DNA of 63,557 bases, counting the filler. It is 9 parts of 9 records of this genome, joined end to end, with 100 filler letters (N's around TTAATTAATTAA, not from the genome) between each part and the next. Parts side by side here need not be neighbours in the genome. Positions count along the whole stretch, not along the records: positions 47,555 to 52,829 come from SRR31156797_63305; positions 52,930 to 58,074 come from SRR31156797_63562; positions 58,175 to 63,557 come from SRR31156797_63789; 6 more parts are not named here. One strand, given 5' to 3'. Below, piece by piece: positions 51,200-61,225 of this stretch (position 1 is the first letter of the stretch; the number at the start of each line of letters is the position of its first letter). Under the pieces are notes generated by a model that ran no database searches, had not been told where the DNA came from, and was given only the letters and a program-made list of their open reading frames with translations. A program made the translations under genes and the position numbers.

Positions 51200-52363
51200 T
51201 TGATTAAGGAGAACTCTATGTATAAAATATGGCGTATTTATCTACCTGTGCTGATAATTATTTTGCTTGGCGTTTATTTAAGTGCATGTGCTACTAATTC
51301 CGAAATTAATGAAAGTGACGAAGTAACAATAAAAAGCATTGAGTCTAAAGAAATAAACGGATTAAATATTGATGTTATAGATGTAAATGCTAGCCTGAAC
51401 ATAACATGGCCAGACATTTACGAAAATTATGTAGTATATTCAAATTATAATTATGTTACAGGTGAAAAGAGAAATGTGCATCTTCTGAATATTCAAACCT
51501 TAGAAGATGAAATTATATATTCATCTAATGATACGGAGTATGACTATGTGATTGATGATGTTCGCATTGGTGATGGGTGGATATTTTGGATAGAGGGACA
51601 TTGGACAACATCAGCAACTAAAGACTGGATAATAAAAGCATACAATATTGAGAGTAAAGAAATAATAGAAGTGAGAAAGTCCACTGATTTATTGGGATTC
51701 CCTTCGTTAACACCTAGAATTGATAATGAAGAGAATACTATAGTATGGCTTGAGGGATACACTGATATAAATAAGAACTTAAAACATACAGTATATTCAT
51801 ACAATGTAGATAGAGACAGTTTAACGCTTATCTCTGACGAAGTATATGTAGAAAACCCATTTGAAATTTACAAACCAAGGAATAATACAATATGTTTTAC
51901 GGATAATATTGATAATACATGGGTAGTCAGGATTATCGACTTAGACACGCAAGAGGAAATGACTTTTGAGACTGAATATCATGAGAATAACTGCTGTGAT
52001 GGAGAAATATTAGTATGGAAGCAAGATGGTGCAGATACTATTAATAATCTATATTATATGGACTTAGAAGAGCAGGAAGAAGTCTTTATAAGAAAAAGTG
52101 TATTCTCTTACGATATATATAATGGAAATATATATTACTCAGTCAGTGGCGAAAAGCATCATATATACCAATACAATGTAGCTAATGGGACTACAATTTG
52201 CTTAACAAAAACAACAGAACCATATTATGATAATATTTGGTTTGAGTTTTACAATTTTTATAACGAAAAGATGGTGTGTATTCTAGATAGAGATATATAT
52301 AATTCTAGAAATAAACTTATTGATAATAGTTATGTAGTTGTTATAGTAGATGGTATTGAGTAG
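51200..52363 (+). CDS. Lipoprotein with beta-propeller-like repeats
   Basis: LSAC lipobox; repeated xVW/xYY...YNV blades; start may be MYKIW. Confidence 0.7.
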   Translation: MIKENSMYKIWRIYLPVLIIILLGVYLSACATNSEINESDEVTIKSIESKEINGLNIDVIDVNASLNITWPDIYENYVVYSNYNYVTGEKRNVHLLNIQTLEDEIIYSSNDTEYDYVIDDVRIGDGWIFWIEGHWTTSATKDWIIKAYNIESKEIIEVRKSTDLLGFPSLTPRIDNEENTIVWLEGYTDINKNLKHTVYSYNVDRDSLTLISDEVYVENPFEIYKPRNNTICFTDNIDNTWVVRIIDLDTQEEMTFETEYHENNCCDGEILVWKQDGADTINNLYYMDLEEQEEVFIRKSVFSYDIYNGNIYYSVSGEKHHIYQYNVANGTTICLTKTTEPYYDNIWFEFYNFYNEKMVCILDRDIYNSRNKLIDNSYVVVIVDGIE

Positions 52364-52399
52364 CAATTTCCTTTAATGTATTTTCTTTAATATATATAA

Positions 52400-52683
52400 A
52401 CAATAATGATCCCCCGGCGAAGCCGGGGGATCATTATTGTAAAATAAACCACCATCTGTGCTGGTGGAAACAAAAAGCTTTAACGATGAGGGGGTAAAAA
52501 AGCCTCCTTTTGTTATACTTAATGTGACATGCCAGTCGAAAAAAGAGACAAAAGGAGGAACTGTCGATGACTGATACCAAAAGTTTAGCACACACACAAT
52601 GGAACTGCAAATATCATATAGTATTTGCGCCAAAGTACAGAAGAAAGGAATTTTATGAAGAGAAGAAGGAAAAGATAGGATAG
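52400..52683 (+). mobile_element. tnpA: IS200/IS605 relic: end hairpin plus truncated tnpA
   Basis: Perfect 19-bp hairpin 52400-52440; AAGGAGG SD then MTDTKSLAHTQWNCKYHIVFAPKYRRK...* (52567-52683), stopping before the HUH motif. Confidence 0.88.
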
Positions 52684-52969
52684 GGGAGTTATGTCCATAT
52701 TCAGGAATATCAATAAATTTTGCAACATCGAAAGCAAAAATATGTTAAAATACTGATTAGAGTTGAGAAAAAGCGAAATTGCTCTAAACATTAGCTGACA
52801 AGCAAAACAAAATAATTTTTGGTGGTCGANNNNNNNNNNNNNNNNNNNNNNNNNNNNNNNNNNNNNNNNNNNNTTAATTAATTAANNNNNNNNNNNNNNN
52901 NNNNNNNNNNNNNNNNNNNNNNNNNNNNNCGGAGATTGGGCCATATAGCTTTTTTGAGAGGGCTTGTAA

Positions 52970-55900
52970 CTACATGTTCCGCCTGTACTGCCCTCCAACA
53001 TCATATAGAGCCTGCGTGATCTGGCCAAGGGAACAATAGCGCACAGTGCTCATCAATTCGGCAAAAATGTTGCCTCCCTCCAATACCGTCTTGGTCAAGC
53101 TTTCAAGCGCGGCCGGCGCTTCTTCCGCATTGCGCGCCTGAAATTTCCCGAGCCTGGTCAATTGGGATCTCTTCTCTTCTTCCGTGGCTCTTGACAATTC
53201 AAGCTCCATCATGTCTTCGTCGCCTTGTCCCATGGGATTCAAGAACGTGTTGACCCCGATTATAGGCAGGCTGCCGTCCGTCTTTTTCACTTCGTAATGC
53301 AATGATTCATCCTGTATCTTCGACCTCTGATAACCTGTTTCCATGGCCCCAAGAACGCCGCCTCTTTCGGAAATGCGGTCAAATTCGACTAAAATGGCCT
53401 CCTCGACCAACCGGGTTAATTCTTCAATTATAAACGATCCCTGGGTGACATTTTCGTTTTTGTATAATCCATATTCCTTGTTAATGATCAATTGAATGGC
53501 CAGGGCCCGTCGTACCGATTCCTGGGTCGGTGTTGTAATGGCTTCGTCATAAGAATTTGTATGCAGGGAGTTGCAATTGTCGTACAGGGCGGTCAAAGCC
53601 TGCAAGGTCGTCCGGATATCGTTGAACTGTATTTCCTGTACGTGCAGCGACCGGCCGCTGGTCTGTATGTGGGCCTTCAACTTCTGGGACCGCTCGTCAG
53701 CCCCGTACTTGTTTTGCAGCGACACCGCCCAGATTCTCCTGGCCACGCGGTTAATCACCGAATACTCTGGATCCATGCCGTTGGAAAAGAAAAATGAAAG
53801 ATTGGGTGCAAAGTCGTTAATATCCATTCCACGCGACAGATAGTATTCCACGTAAGTGAATCCATTGGCCAGGGTGAGGGCCGTTTGTGTGATCGGGTTT
53901 GCTCCCGCCTCGGCAATGTGGTACCCGGATATGGATACGGAATAAAAATTGCGAACGTTCTTTTCTATGAAATACTCCTGTATGTCCCCCATCATTTTCA
54001 GGGCGAAGTCTATTGAAAAAATACAGGTGTTCTGGCCCTGGTCTTCTTTCAATATATCCGCCTGCACAGTCCCCCGGACATTTTTCAATACGTCATTCCG
54101 GATTTTGTCCATTTCGTTTTCATCCGGCTTGCGTCCATGCTCCCTGGCAAATACTTCCACCTGCTGGTCAATGGCTGTATTGAAAAACATGGCCAACATA
54201 ATTGGAGACGGACCATTGATCGTCATGGATACGCTGGTATTGGGCGCGCACAAATCAAATCCGTCATAAAGGACTTTCATGTCGTCCAGGGTGCAGATGG
54301 AAACCCCTGAGTTCCCTACCTTACCGTAAATGTCGGGCCTTTCATCCGGGTCCCTGCCGTACAGGGTTACTGAATCAAATGCAGTTGAAAGTCTTTTGGC
54401 TTCATAGTTACGGGACAAAAATTTGAATCGTCGGTTGGTTCTGGCCGGGTCGCCTTCGCCGGCAAACATTCGCGTTGGATCTTCATCCGTCCTTTTAAAT
54501 GGAAATACGCCCGCGGTGTAAGGAAAGTAACCCGGCAGGCTCTCCCTTAGCAGCCACTTAAGAAGGTCCCCCGGATTATCGTAATCAGGCAGGCACACCC
54601 TGGGAATTCTCGTTCCGGCCAGGCTTTCCCTGTATAAAGGCGTCCGTATTTCCCGGCCGCGAACCTTGTACACAAATTCATCCCCGGCATATTGCTCCTT
54701 TAGCGTATCATACGATTCCAGCAGGGCCGCGCATTTAGGATCCAGGTCGTTGGCGGCCTCATCCCGGATTCCAGCCAGTTCCTTGATTGAATCCGCGCTG
54801 TCTCCTTTTCTTTCCAGTTCCGCAATTGCGCCGTCTATCTTCCAAAGCCTGGAGGTTGCGTCCGCCTGTTGATCGGCCCAACGATGATATCCCCTGACCG
54901 TGTCTGATATCTCGGACAGATATCTAGTTCTTTCCGGGGGGATTATTATGGTCTTGGACGATGAATGCTTGCCGGATGGGCGAGGCAGTGAAGACTCCCA
55001 CTTCAATCCCGATTTTTCATTTAATTTGTCTATCAGGGCGCGGTATAAGGATGTAACCCCGTCGTCATTGAACCTGGCCGCTATTGTCCCGTAGACCGGC
55101 ATCTCGCCGGGATCCTTGTCAAAAATCCTGTTATTACGCTGATATTGCTTGCGCACGTCGCGAAGAGCATCTTCGCTGCCCTTGCGATCAAACTTGTTTA
55201 TGGCGACCAGGTCGGCGTAATCCAGCATGTCGATCTTTTCAAGCTGACTCGGCGCCCCGAACTCGGACGTCATCACGTACAAAGATGCATCGACATGGGG
55301 AACTATGGCCGCATCCCCCTGGCCGATGCCGGCCGTTTCAATAATTATCAAGTCAAATCCAGCCGCCTTTAAAAGCGTGATGCCGTCATCCAGGGCCGCT
55401 GAAATCTCACTCTGTGCATCGCGGGTCGCCAGGGATCTTAAATAAACCCTGTCCCGCCCAAGGGAATTAAGACGGATACGGTCGCCCAACAAGGCGCCGC
55501 CTGTTTTACGGCGGGAAGGATCGACGGATAAAATTGCCGCGGTTTTATCCTTGAAGTCGTTTAAAAACCTGGTTATCAGCTCATCCACCAATGAAGATTT
55601 TCCAGCGCCGCCCGTGCCGGTAATTCCCAAAACAGGGCCGCCCGAGGATAGACGGTCCTCATGTTCATTTTGCACCTTTTCAAGCAGAGGGCCAAAATCG
55701 CCGTTAAGTCCGGCTTTGGAAAGTTCGGCCATGGTAATCAAGCGGGCCACCGTTCTGAAGTCCTTTGAATCAAGGGCGGCCGTCCGATCCGGCAGGTCGC
55801 TGTAATCCCTTGATTGGTCCAGGCATTCCAAAAGGTGATTTATCATACCCTGAAGGCCCATCACCCGGCCGTCTTCAGGCGAGTAGATTCTTGTGACCCC

Positions 55901-56251
55901 ATACGAATGCAACTCCCTGATTTCCTCAGGTACGATCACACCGCCTCCGCCGCCGAATACCTGTATATCGGACGAACCGTTTTCCTTCAGAAGATCGACG
56001 ATAAACTTGAAGAATTCCATGTGGCCGCCCTGGTAACAGCTGACCGCAATTCCCTGAACGTCTTCCTGTACGGCTGCGTCCACAATTTCACTGACCGACC
56101 GGTTGTGGCCCAAATGTATTACTTCCGCACCGGAATCCTGTAGTATTCTGCGCATTATATTGATTGATGCATCGTGGCCGTCAAATAAGGATGTCGCCGT
56201 TACTAAACGAAGGTGGTGCTTCGGCTTATAAGGCTCAACAACTTGGTTCAT
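52970..56251 (-). CDS. icmF: Fused isobutyryl-CoA mutase / G-protein chaperone
   Basis: B12-binding DGHD...HLG, MeaB GTGGAGKS, mutase [23 protein letters not shown]; 1093 aa. Confidence 0.96.
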   Translation of the reverse strand: MNQVVEPYKPKHHLRLVTATSLFDGHDASINIMRRILQDSGAEVIHLGHNRSVSEIVDAAVQEDVQGIAVSCYQGGHMEFFKFIVDLLKENGSSDIQVFGGGGGVIVPEEIRELHSYGVTRIYSPEDGRVMGLQGMINHLLECLDQSRDYSDLPDRTAALDSKDFRTVARLITMAELSKAGLNGDFGPLLEKVQNEHEDRLSSGGPVLGITGTGGAGKSSLVDELITRFLNDFKDKTAAILSVDPSRRKTGGALLGDRIRLNSLGRDRVYLRSLATRDAQSEISAALDDGITLLKAAGFDLIIIETAGIGQGDAAIVPHVDASLYVMTSEFGAPSQLEKIDMLDYADLVAINKFDRKGSEDALRDVRKQYQRNNRIFDKDPGEMPVYGTIAARFNDDGVTSLYRALIDKLNEKSGLKWESSLPRPSGKHSSSKTIIIPPERTRYLSEISDTVRGYHRWADQQADATSRLWKIDGAIAELERKGDSADSIKELAGIRDEAANDLDPKCAALLESYDTLKEQYAGDEFVYKVRGREIRTPLYRESLAGTRIPRVCLPDYDNPGDLLKWLLRESLPGYFPYTAGVFPFKRTDEDPTRMFAGEGDPARTNRRFKFLSRNYEAKRLSTAFDSVTLYGRDPDERPDIYGKVGNSGVSICTLDDMKVLYDGFDLCAPNTSVSMTINGPSPIMLAMFFNTAIDQQVEVFAREHGRKPDENEMDKIRNDVLKNVRGTVQADILKEDQGQNTCIFSIDFALKMMGDIQEYFIEKNVRNFYSVSISGYHIAEAGANPITQTALTLANGFTYVEYYLSRGMDINDFAPNLSFFFSNGMDPEYSVINRVARRIWAVSLQNKYGADERSQKLKAHIQTSGRSLHVQEIQFNDIRTTLQALTALYDNCNSLHTNSYDEAITTPTQESVRRALAIQLIINKEYGLYKNENVTQGSFIIEELTRLVEEAILVEFDRISERGGVLGAMETGYQRSKIQDESLHYEVKKTDGSLPIIGVNTFLNPMGQGDEDMMELELSRATEEEKRSQLTRLGKFQARNAEEAPAALESLTKTVLEGGNIFAELMSTVRYCSLGQITQALYDVGGQYRRNM

Positions 56252-56273
56252 TGTGTGTATCCTCCCTATCGCA

Positions 56274-56912
56274 TTAAGCGGATAGTTCGCTTAATATCAG
56301 CGATGTCTGTAGCTGTGTAAATTCTTCAAGTGAATAATGTCTTTCTAAAAACCAGCGGCGGAACGTCCACATATGGCCCAAAACCGTAATATTGTGCGCC
56401 ATCAGCTCAACAGATTTACCGTCGCCGATTTTCAACGTGCCGTCAGCCAAACCGCGTCTCAATACTTCCGCGAATATGTCCGTCACCCGCTCTTCATTGG
56501 CCAACACGAATTTCAACGAATCCGGGTTCAGGGAACTTGATTCCTGGTAAATAAGCAAAATGTGGTCCTGCATGTTGTTACAGACCTGGAAATAGTTGGC
56601 CAGGGCTCCGATCAGGGCCTTGCGGCCTGTCGTGCCCTCGACAATAGCCTGCCTCACCCTGGTTTCCACTTCTGAATGAATGGCGTCGCACACCAGGTAA
56701 AGTACGTCTTCCTTGGACTCAATGTATTCGTATAAGGTTCCTATGGAAAAACCGGCTGCCCGGGCGATTTCCCTGGTGGTGGTCATATGGTACCCTTTGC
56801 GGATAAACAACTCCACCGCCGCATCAATGATCTGGCGCCTTCTCTTTTCCACCAGCCCGGCGTTTTTAACCAAAGTCGGAATGTCTTTTCTGTTGGGGCT
56901 TGCTTTTTGCAT
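56274..56912 (-). CDS. TetR/AcrR family regulator
   Basis: [24 protein letters not shown]. Confidence 0.95.
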   Translation of the reverse strand: MQKASPNRKDIPTLVKNAGLVEKRRRQIIDAAVELFIRKGYHMTTTREIARAAGFSIGTLYEYIESKEDVLYLVCDAIHSEVETRVRQAIVEGTTGRKALIGALANYFQVCNNMQDHILLIYQESSSLNPDSLKFVLANEERVTDIFAEVLRRGLADGTLKIGDGKSVELMAHNITVLGHMWTFRRWFLERHYSLEEFTQLQTSLILSELSA

Positions 56913-56979
56913 TTTCGCCGTCTCTTGCGGTATTTTTTAAATTATATACGTTTAACCCTGTCGGGTTTTTATCAATATA

Positions 56980-56997
56980 TGACTGAGCGCTCGATCA
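56980..56997. promoter_or_regulatory. Putative TetR operator
   Basis: TGACTGAGCGCTCGATCA imperfect palindrome (14/18) about 70 nt upstream of tetR. Confidence 0.6.
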
Positions 56998-57289
56998 GAT
57001 TATGGGCCATTGCGGCCCTCATGTCAAGAGTATCCCGAGAAGGTTGCATTATCCGGCTCGAATAGATACAAAATTACTCACAGACTTCCCCGTTTCCTAA
57101 TGTCAAAACCAGCTTTGGAATAGGCGCTTGTGAGCATTTAAACTAAATGTTAATATCTTCGCCCATGTCGGATTGGAATCCATGTAAATACCACAATGCC
57201 GCAAACATTAACCGGCCATTGATCCGACTGGATGAAACACTAATAACTAACTGTATGAATTACGGTTTTCATAAATATCGAGGGGGAAT

Positions 57290-58074
57290 ATGACAAGCGA
57301 CAATGCCGGCATCCACAATCGACCGGAAGAACTCCTTCAGAAACTTATAAGGTTTGATACAACAAACCCTCCGGGCGGAGAAATCGAATGCATCAATTTC
57401 ATCAAGGAACTGCTGGAAACCGAAGGCTTTGAAACAACTATTGTCGCCCGCGATCCTGAGCGTCCTAATCTGCTGGCCCGCTTGAAAGGGCAGGGGACGG
57501 CGGCGCCTTTTCTCATGTACGGCCATGCCGATGTCGTTACCACAAAGGGACAGGATTGGACTGTTCCGCCGTTCGAAGGAACAATCAAGGATGGATTTGT
57601 CTGGGGCAGGGGCGCCTTGGACATGAAAGGCGGTCTGGCCATGATGATATCAGCTTTTTTAAAATCAAAGGCTGAAGGTTTCACGCCCGCGGGCGACGTG
57701 ATTCTCTGCGTTGTCAGCGATGAAGAAGGCGGAGGCGATTTCGGGGCCAGGTTTCTTGCGGATGATCATCCAGATCTATTCGAAGGAGCCAGGTATGCAA
57801 TCGGAGAATTCGGCGGATTTTCCATGAAAGTGGGCAAGCAAAAATTCTTTCCCATCATGATTTCAGAAAAACAGATTTGCTGGATCAAAGTCACGGTGCG
57901 GGGCCCGGCCGGGCATGGTTCCCAAATAATGCGCGGCGGCGCCATGGCCAAGGTTGGTCGTATGCTGACATTGCTGGATGAAAAACGGCTTCCCATACAT
58001 ATCACGCCGGTAGCGGAAATGATGATCAAGGGCATGGCCGAAGCCTTGCCGCAACCGAAAAAAATGCTGTTGCG
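57290..58074 (+). CDS. M20/M25/M40 metallopeptidase (ArgE/DapE-like), truncated
   Basis: Intact HADVV, GRGALDMKG, SDEEG, IGE. Confidence 0.93.
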
Positions 58075-58174
58075 NNNNNNNNNNNNNNNNNNNNNNNNNN
58101 NNNNNNNNNNNNNNNNNNTTAATTAATTAANNNNNNNNNNNNNNNNNNNNNNNNNNNNNNNNNNNNNNNNNNNN

Positions 58175-58225
58175 ACCACCAGAGTGCTTGTTCATCGCGC
58201 TCTTAGAAGACATTCCGTAGAACTT
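58175..58225 (-). other. guaC: Start-less internal fragment of guaC marking the prophage att junction
   Basis: Minus strand reads KFYGMSSKSAMNKHSGG (GMP reductase FYGMSS motif) and begins abruptly from AT-rich non-coding DNA. Confidence 0.75.
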
Positions 58226-58274
58226 AAAACAAAAATAACAAAACAAATAAAAACAAATACTTACAAATATTTAA

Positions 58275-58290
58275 CTGTATATAAAAACAG
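58275..58290. promoter_or_regulatory. LexA (SOS) box
   Basis: CTGTATATAAAAACAG matches CTGT-N8-ACAG. Confidence 0.85.
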
Positions 58291-58294
58291 TAAA

Positions 58295-58356
58295 AATGGC
58301 GATATTTTACGTTATTTGTCGCCATAAACTGGCGGCTGTCGCCATTTTTGTCGCCA
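58295..58356. repeat. Integrase arm-type sites (HP1/186-like)
   Basis: TGTCGCCA at 58317, 58337 and 58349; opposite-orientation AATGGCGATA (58295) and ACTGGCGGCT (58328). Confidence 0.7.
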
Positions 58357-58361
58357 CTTTT

Positions 58362-58925
58362 TTAAGGCGCGCTTATAGTGAGTTTTTCATCAAAATCGTG
58401 GTTAAGAAGTTGGTGAACATCGTGCCCTGCTCCACTTACCCAAGTCATTATCGCATCATCTGGAATTAACAATGGCATACGGTGATGGTATTCACTGCAT
58501 TGTTCGTTGGGTTTGGTGGTCAAAGTGACTGACTTCGAGCCTCCTTCTAAGGCAATGCCTGCCATATACAAAACCTTTTTATCACCTTGGCTAAAAAGGT
58601 ACTTCACTTTCTTACCTTGTTCTTCTCGCCATTCATACCAGCCTGAGCATGGGACGATCACTCGATTAAATTCAAAGGCCTGTGCGAAAGTCGGTTTTAC
58701 TGAGACAGTTTCCGCTTGTGCATTAATGATGAGTTTTTTTGCCCAGTCGGGTTTTATTCCCCACGGCAAATCAAATTGCTTGAGTTCGCCGTGCTCGATA
58801 CCAACGGTAGAGACAATCTGAGTGGGGCGAAGGTCGGTATTCGTTGTGGTTTTAAAATTGATGCCGAGCATATCGCGAATAACCCCGCAAAGAGGATCAT
58901 CAATTACATTTAACCTGCCACACAT
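58362..58925 (-). CDS. SOS response-associated peptidase (SRAP/HMCES family)
   Basis: N-terminal MCGR, WG, INA..ET, GWYEW, HHRMP. Confidence 0.95.
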   Translation of the reverse strand: MCGRLNVIDDPLCGVIRDMLGINFKTTTNTDLRPTQIVSTVGIEHGELKQFDLPWGIKPDWAKKLIINAQAETVSVKPTFAQAFEFNRVIVPCSGWYEWREEQGKKVKYLFSQGDKKVLYMAGIALEGGSKSVTLTTKPNEQCSEYHHRMPLLIPDDAIMTWVSGAGHDVHQLLNHDFDEKLTISAP

Positions 58926-59062
58926 CTCGTAAACTCCCTCTGTTTTTGTACTTAATAGTTTAGGAGACTTTGTAAAATTCGTAGACTTGTTCTGACCCTT
59001 ACAACAATAAAACCTTGCGTAGATTGGTTAGGCGGGCTCCTACCTTCAGAGCCCGCTATTTT

Positions 59063-59734
59063 TTAGCATGGACTTACAGCTCTGTATTTCTTCAGTACTT
59101 TTCGGATGTTTTCCCACAGTTCTTCTAAATCTCGATACTCGAAGTAAAAGCCGCTATCAACAAACTCTGCGCCACTGGATGAGAACCACGGTTCACCCTC
59201 TCCTTTTCCACCAATACCCAATTCAAACTTAGCCGTGAACTTGCCACCTTTTGGACGTACTTGAAATTTGATGTGATATGTCCAGTGACTTGCAGCTGAG
59301 CAACGTTCGTAATGTGCAGGCAACCAGCCTGAATCGTAGAAGTTAGGTAAACAGTTTGAAGGAAGTTGATATTGAGAAGGTGGAAGTGTTGGCAGTGAAC
59401 TACGAAGTTTGTTTGCCATTTGGTTGAAGGCATCGATGTAGGCTTCTTTTATCTGTGCCGCTTTCTTTCCAGTAAAACCCATGACTAAGAACATAAATCC
59501 GTCTTTGGTCATTTCAAAAGCATTACGTAACTCACCTTTTTTATCTCTATATTCAACGTGCGCAAAATTGCGCGCGTTAAATTCATCAGAACATTCAAGG
59601 GTTCTAAGCTTACGAACTACATCACGATGCTGCTTGTTAAATGCTTCTGCGACTTTTAATGAATTGGTACGAATTTCTTCGCCTTGATTAAAGACGAGAT
59701 CAGATACAGTCAGGGTAAGGGAAGTTGTCGGCAT
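59063..59734 (-). CDS. Rha family phage regulatory protein (putative antirepressor)
   Basis: TNSLKVAEAFNKQHRDV, MTKDGFMFLVMGFTGKKAAQIKEAYIDAFNQM. Confidence 0.93.
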   Translation of the reverse strand: MPTTSLTLTVSDLVFNQGEEIRTNSLKVAEAFNKQHRDVVRKLRTLECSDEFNARNFAHVEYRDKKGELRNAFEMTKDGFMFLVMGFTGKKAAQIKEAYIDAFNQMANKLRSSLPTLPPSQYQLPSNCLPNFYDSGWLPAHYERCSAASHWTYHIKFQVRPKGGKFTAKFELGIGGKGEGEPWFSSSGAEFVDSGFYFEYRDLEELWENIRKVLKKYRAVSPC

Positions 59735-59788
59735 GATGGCCTCCTTGAGTATGATTTTTAAATCACCACTCGGAGGTTCCTAATCTTC

Positions 59789-59869
59789 GGGTGGTGAACT
59801 GGACAAGGTTAGGAACTACCGCACTCAAGGAAACGGCGCGCCGAAGCGCCCTCGCCCAGCCCACCATAA
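59789..59869 (-). ncRNA. C4-type antisense RNA
   Basis: UAUGGUGGGCUGGGCGAGGGCGCUUCGGCGCGCCG...CCUUGAGU...GUUCCUAACCUUGUCCAGUUCACCACC cloverleaf; its loops are complementary to flanking a/b targets. Confidence 0.85.
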
Positions 59870-59960
59870 TTCAGATAGTACGTTTTCTACACGAAACGCC
59901 TATGTTTGGGTGTGCCGAAGCCGCACATAAAAAAACCAGCAAAACGCTGGCACTTATGTG

Positions 59961-60047
59961 CCTTGAGTAACTAATCAGGGTTCCTAATCCTGACACTGGA
60001 TTTTGCCAGTGCCGTTAAATGGTATATATGTCAAAGATCGGTGTCAA
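59961..60047 (-). promoter_or_regulatory. Promoter and a1/b1 target leader of the c4-rha transcript
   Basis: TTGACA (60047-60042)-17 nt-TACCAT (60024-60019); GGCACTGGCAAAATCCAGTGTC hairpin; a1 TTAGGAAC (59987-59980); b1 ACTCAAGG (59968-59961). Confidence 0.8.
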
Positions 60048-60111
60048 ACGTTTAAATTCGATAATATTTGTGTACACTCAACTTATTGATAGTTAAGAAG
60101 CTTGGCATAAC

Positions 60112-61143
60112 ATGGATAAAGAAGCTTTAAGATTGGACTACGAAACTAAGAAGCACAAAGCAACTCGTTTTATCTCATCAGTAAAAGAACAATTGAATGT
60201 TCTTATTACATCAAATGATATTACTTTAGGCACACCTCTCGAAAGTCGAATCAAGTCTATTCAATCGATAGAAGAGAAGCTCGTACGAAAGAACAAAACT
60301 ATTGGTTCTGTAGTCGAGTTAGATGATTTTATCGGACTAAGAATTATCGTCCTATTTAAATCAGATTTAGATAAAATCCATCAACTCATCAAGAAAAATT
60401 TTGATGTTGGAGAAGAAGAGAACGTAGCTGGACGCCTTAGAGATGACCAATTCGGCTATCAATCTACTCACTTTGCGATCAGCTTGCCTAAACAATGGCT
60501 TACTGTTCCAGCTATGACTGATTTAGGCGGCTTAAAAGCTGAACTACAAGTGCGCACGTTATCTCAGCACATCTGGGCTGTAGCATCTCATAAGCTTCAA
60601 TATAAGCAAGAAAATAATGTTCCAACGACGCTGAGACGTTCCATCAATAGAGTGTCGGCGCTACTAGAAACTGTTGATTTGGAGTTTGAACGAGTTCTTC
60701 AGGAACGCACTGAGTATAGAGAAGAATTACAACATACCACCTATGAATCTGAATTTAACGTAGATGTTTTAGAAGCCCTCTGTGATGAGTACTTACCTAA
60801 AGCCAATAAAGATGAAGGTAACGAAGAGTTCTCAACAATATTCAAACAGCTTGTTGAAAACAACATTAATTCTAAAGAGAGGTTTATTGCGCTAATTAAA
60901 GACAACATGGAATTTGTTCTAAAGGAGGAGGCTAAAAACATAGATAGAATATTAAGAGATAGGGAAGACCTAGATGCTAACTTTGACAATAATGAAGATA
61001 GCTATAAAAATGAAATACTCAATGAAGTATCTCGTGCTAATCGTGGCGTCTTTTACTCACACGTTGGATTGGTTAGACGATGTTTGTATTGGAAGTTCCC
61101 CAATTTAAGTCGTATTACACATTCAAGAAAACATACAAAGTAA
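60112..61143 (+). CDS. RelA/SpoT synthetase-domain protein (small alarmone synthetase-like) with C-terminal extension
   Basis: SRIKS...EK, DFIGLRI, GYQSTH, ELQVRT, W...SHKLQYK; no HD hydrolase domain. Confidence 0.92.
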   Translation: MDKEALRLDYETKKHKATRFISSVKEQLNVLITSNDITLGTPLESRIKSIQSIEEKLVRKNKTIGSVVELDDFIGLRIIVLFKSDLDKIHQLIKKNFDVGEEENVAGRLRDDQFGYQSTHFAISLPKQWLTVPAMTDLGGLKAELQVRTLSQHIWAVASHKLQYKQENNVPTTLRRSINRVSALLETVDLEFERVLQERTEYREELQHTTYESEFNVDVLEALCDEYLPKANKDEGNEEFSTIFKQLVENNINSKERFIALIKDNMEFVLKEEAKNIDRILRDREDLDANFDNNEDSYKNEILNEVSRANRGVFYSHVGLVRRCLYWKFPNLSRITHSRKHTK

Positions 61144-61225
61144 GCATCTATAGTACGTTCATATCACTTGAATTTTGAAAAGCTCAAGAAATATATGATT
61201 CAAAACATCGCTGATTGGGGAAATT

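Noticed and set aside
6260-58174. TTAATTAATTAA repeated eight times within N-runs
   Set aside because: Artificial concatenation linker. Any apparent gene linkage across these gaps, including archaeal genes next to bacterial ones, is meaningless.
58175-58360. CRISPR-associated Tn7-like transposon end at guaC
   Set aside because: No terminal TGT/ACA end with TnsB-site repeats was recognised; the repeats fit tyrosine-integrase arm sites better.
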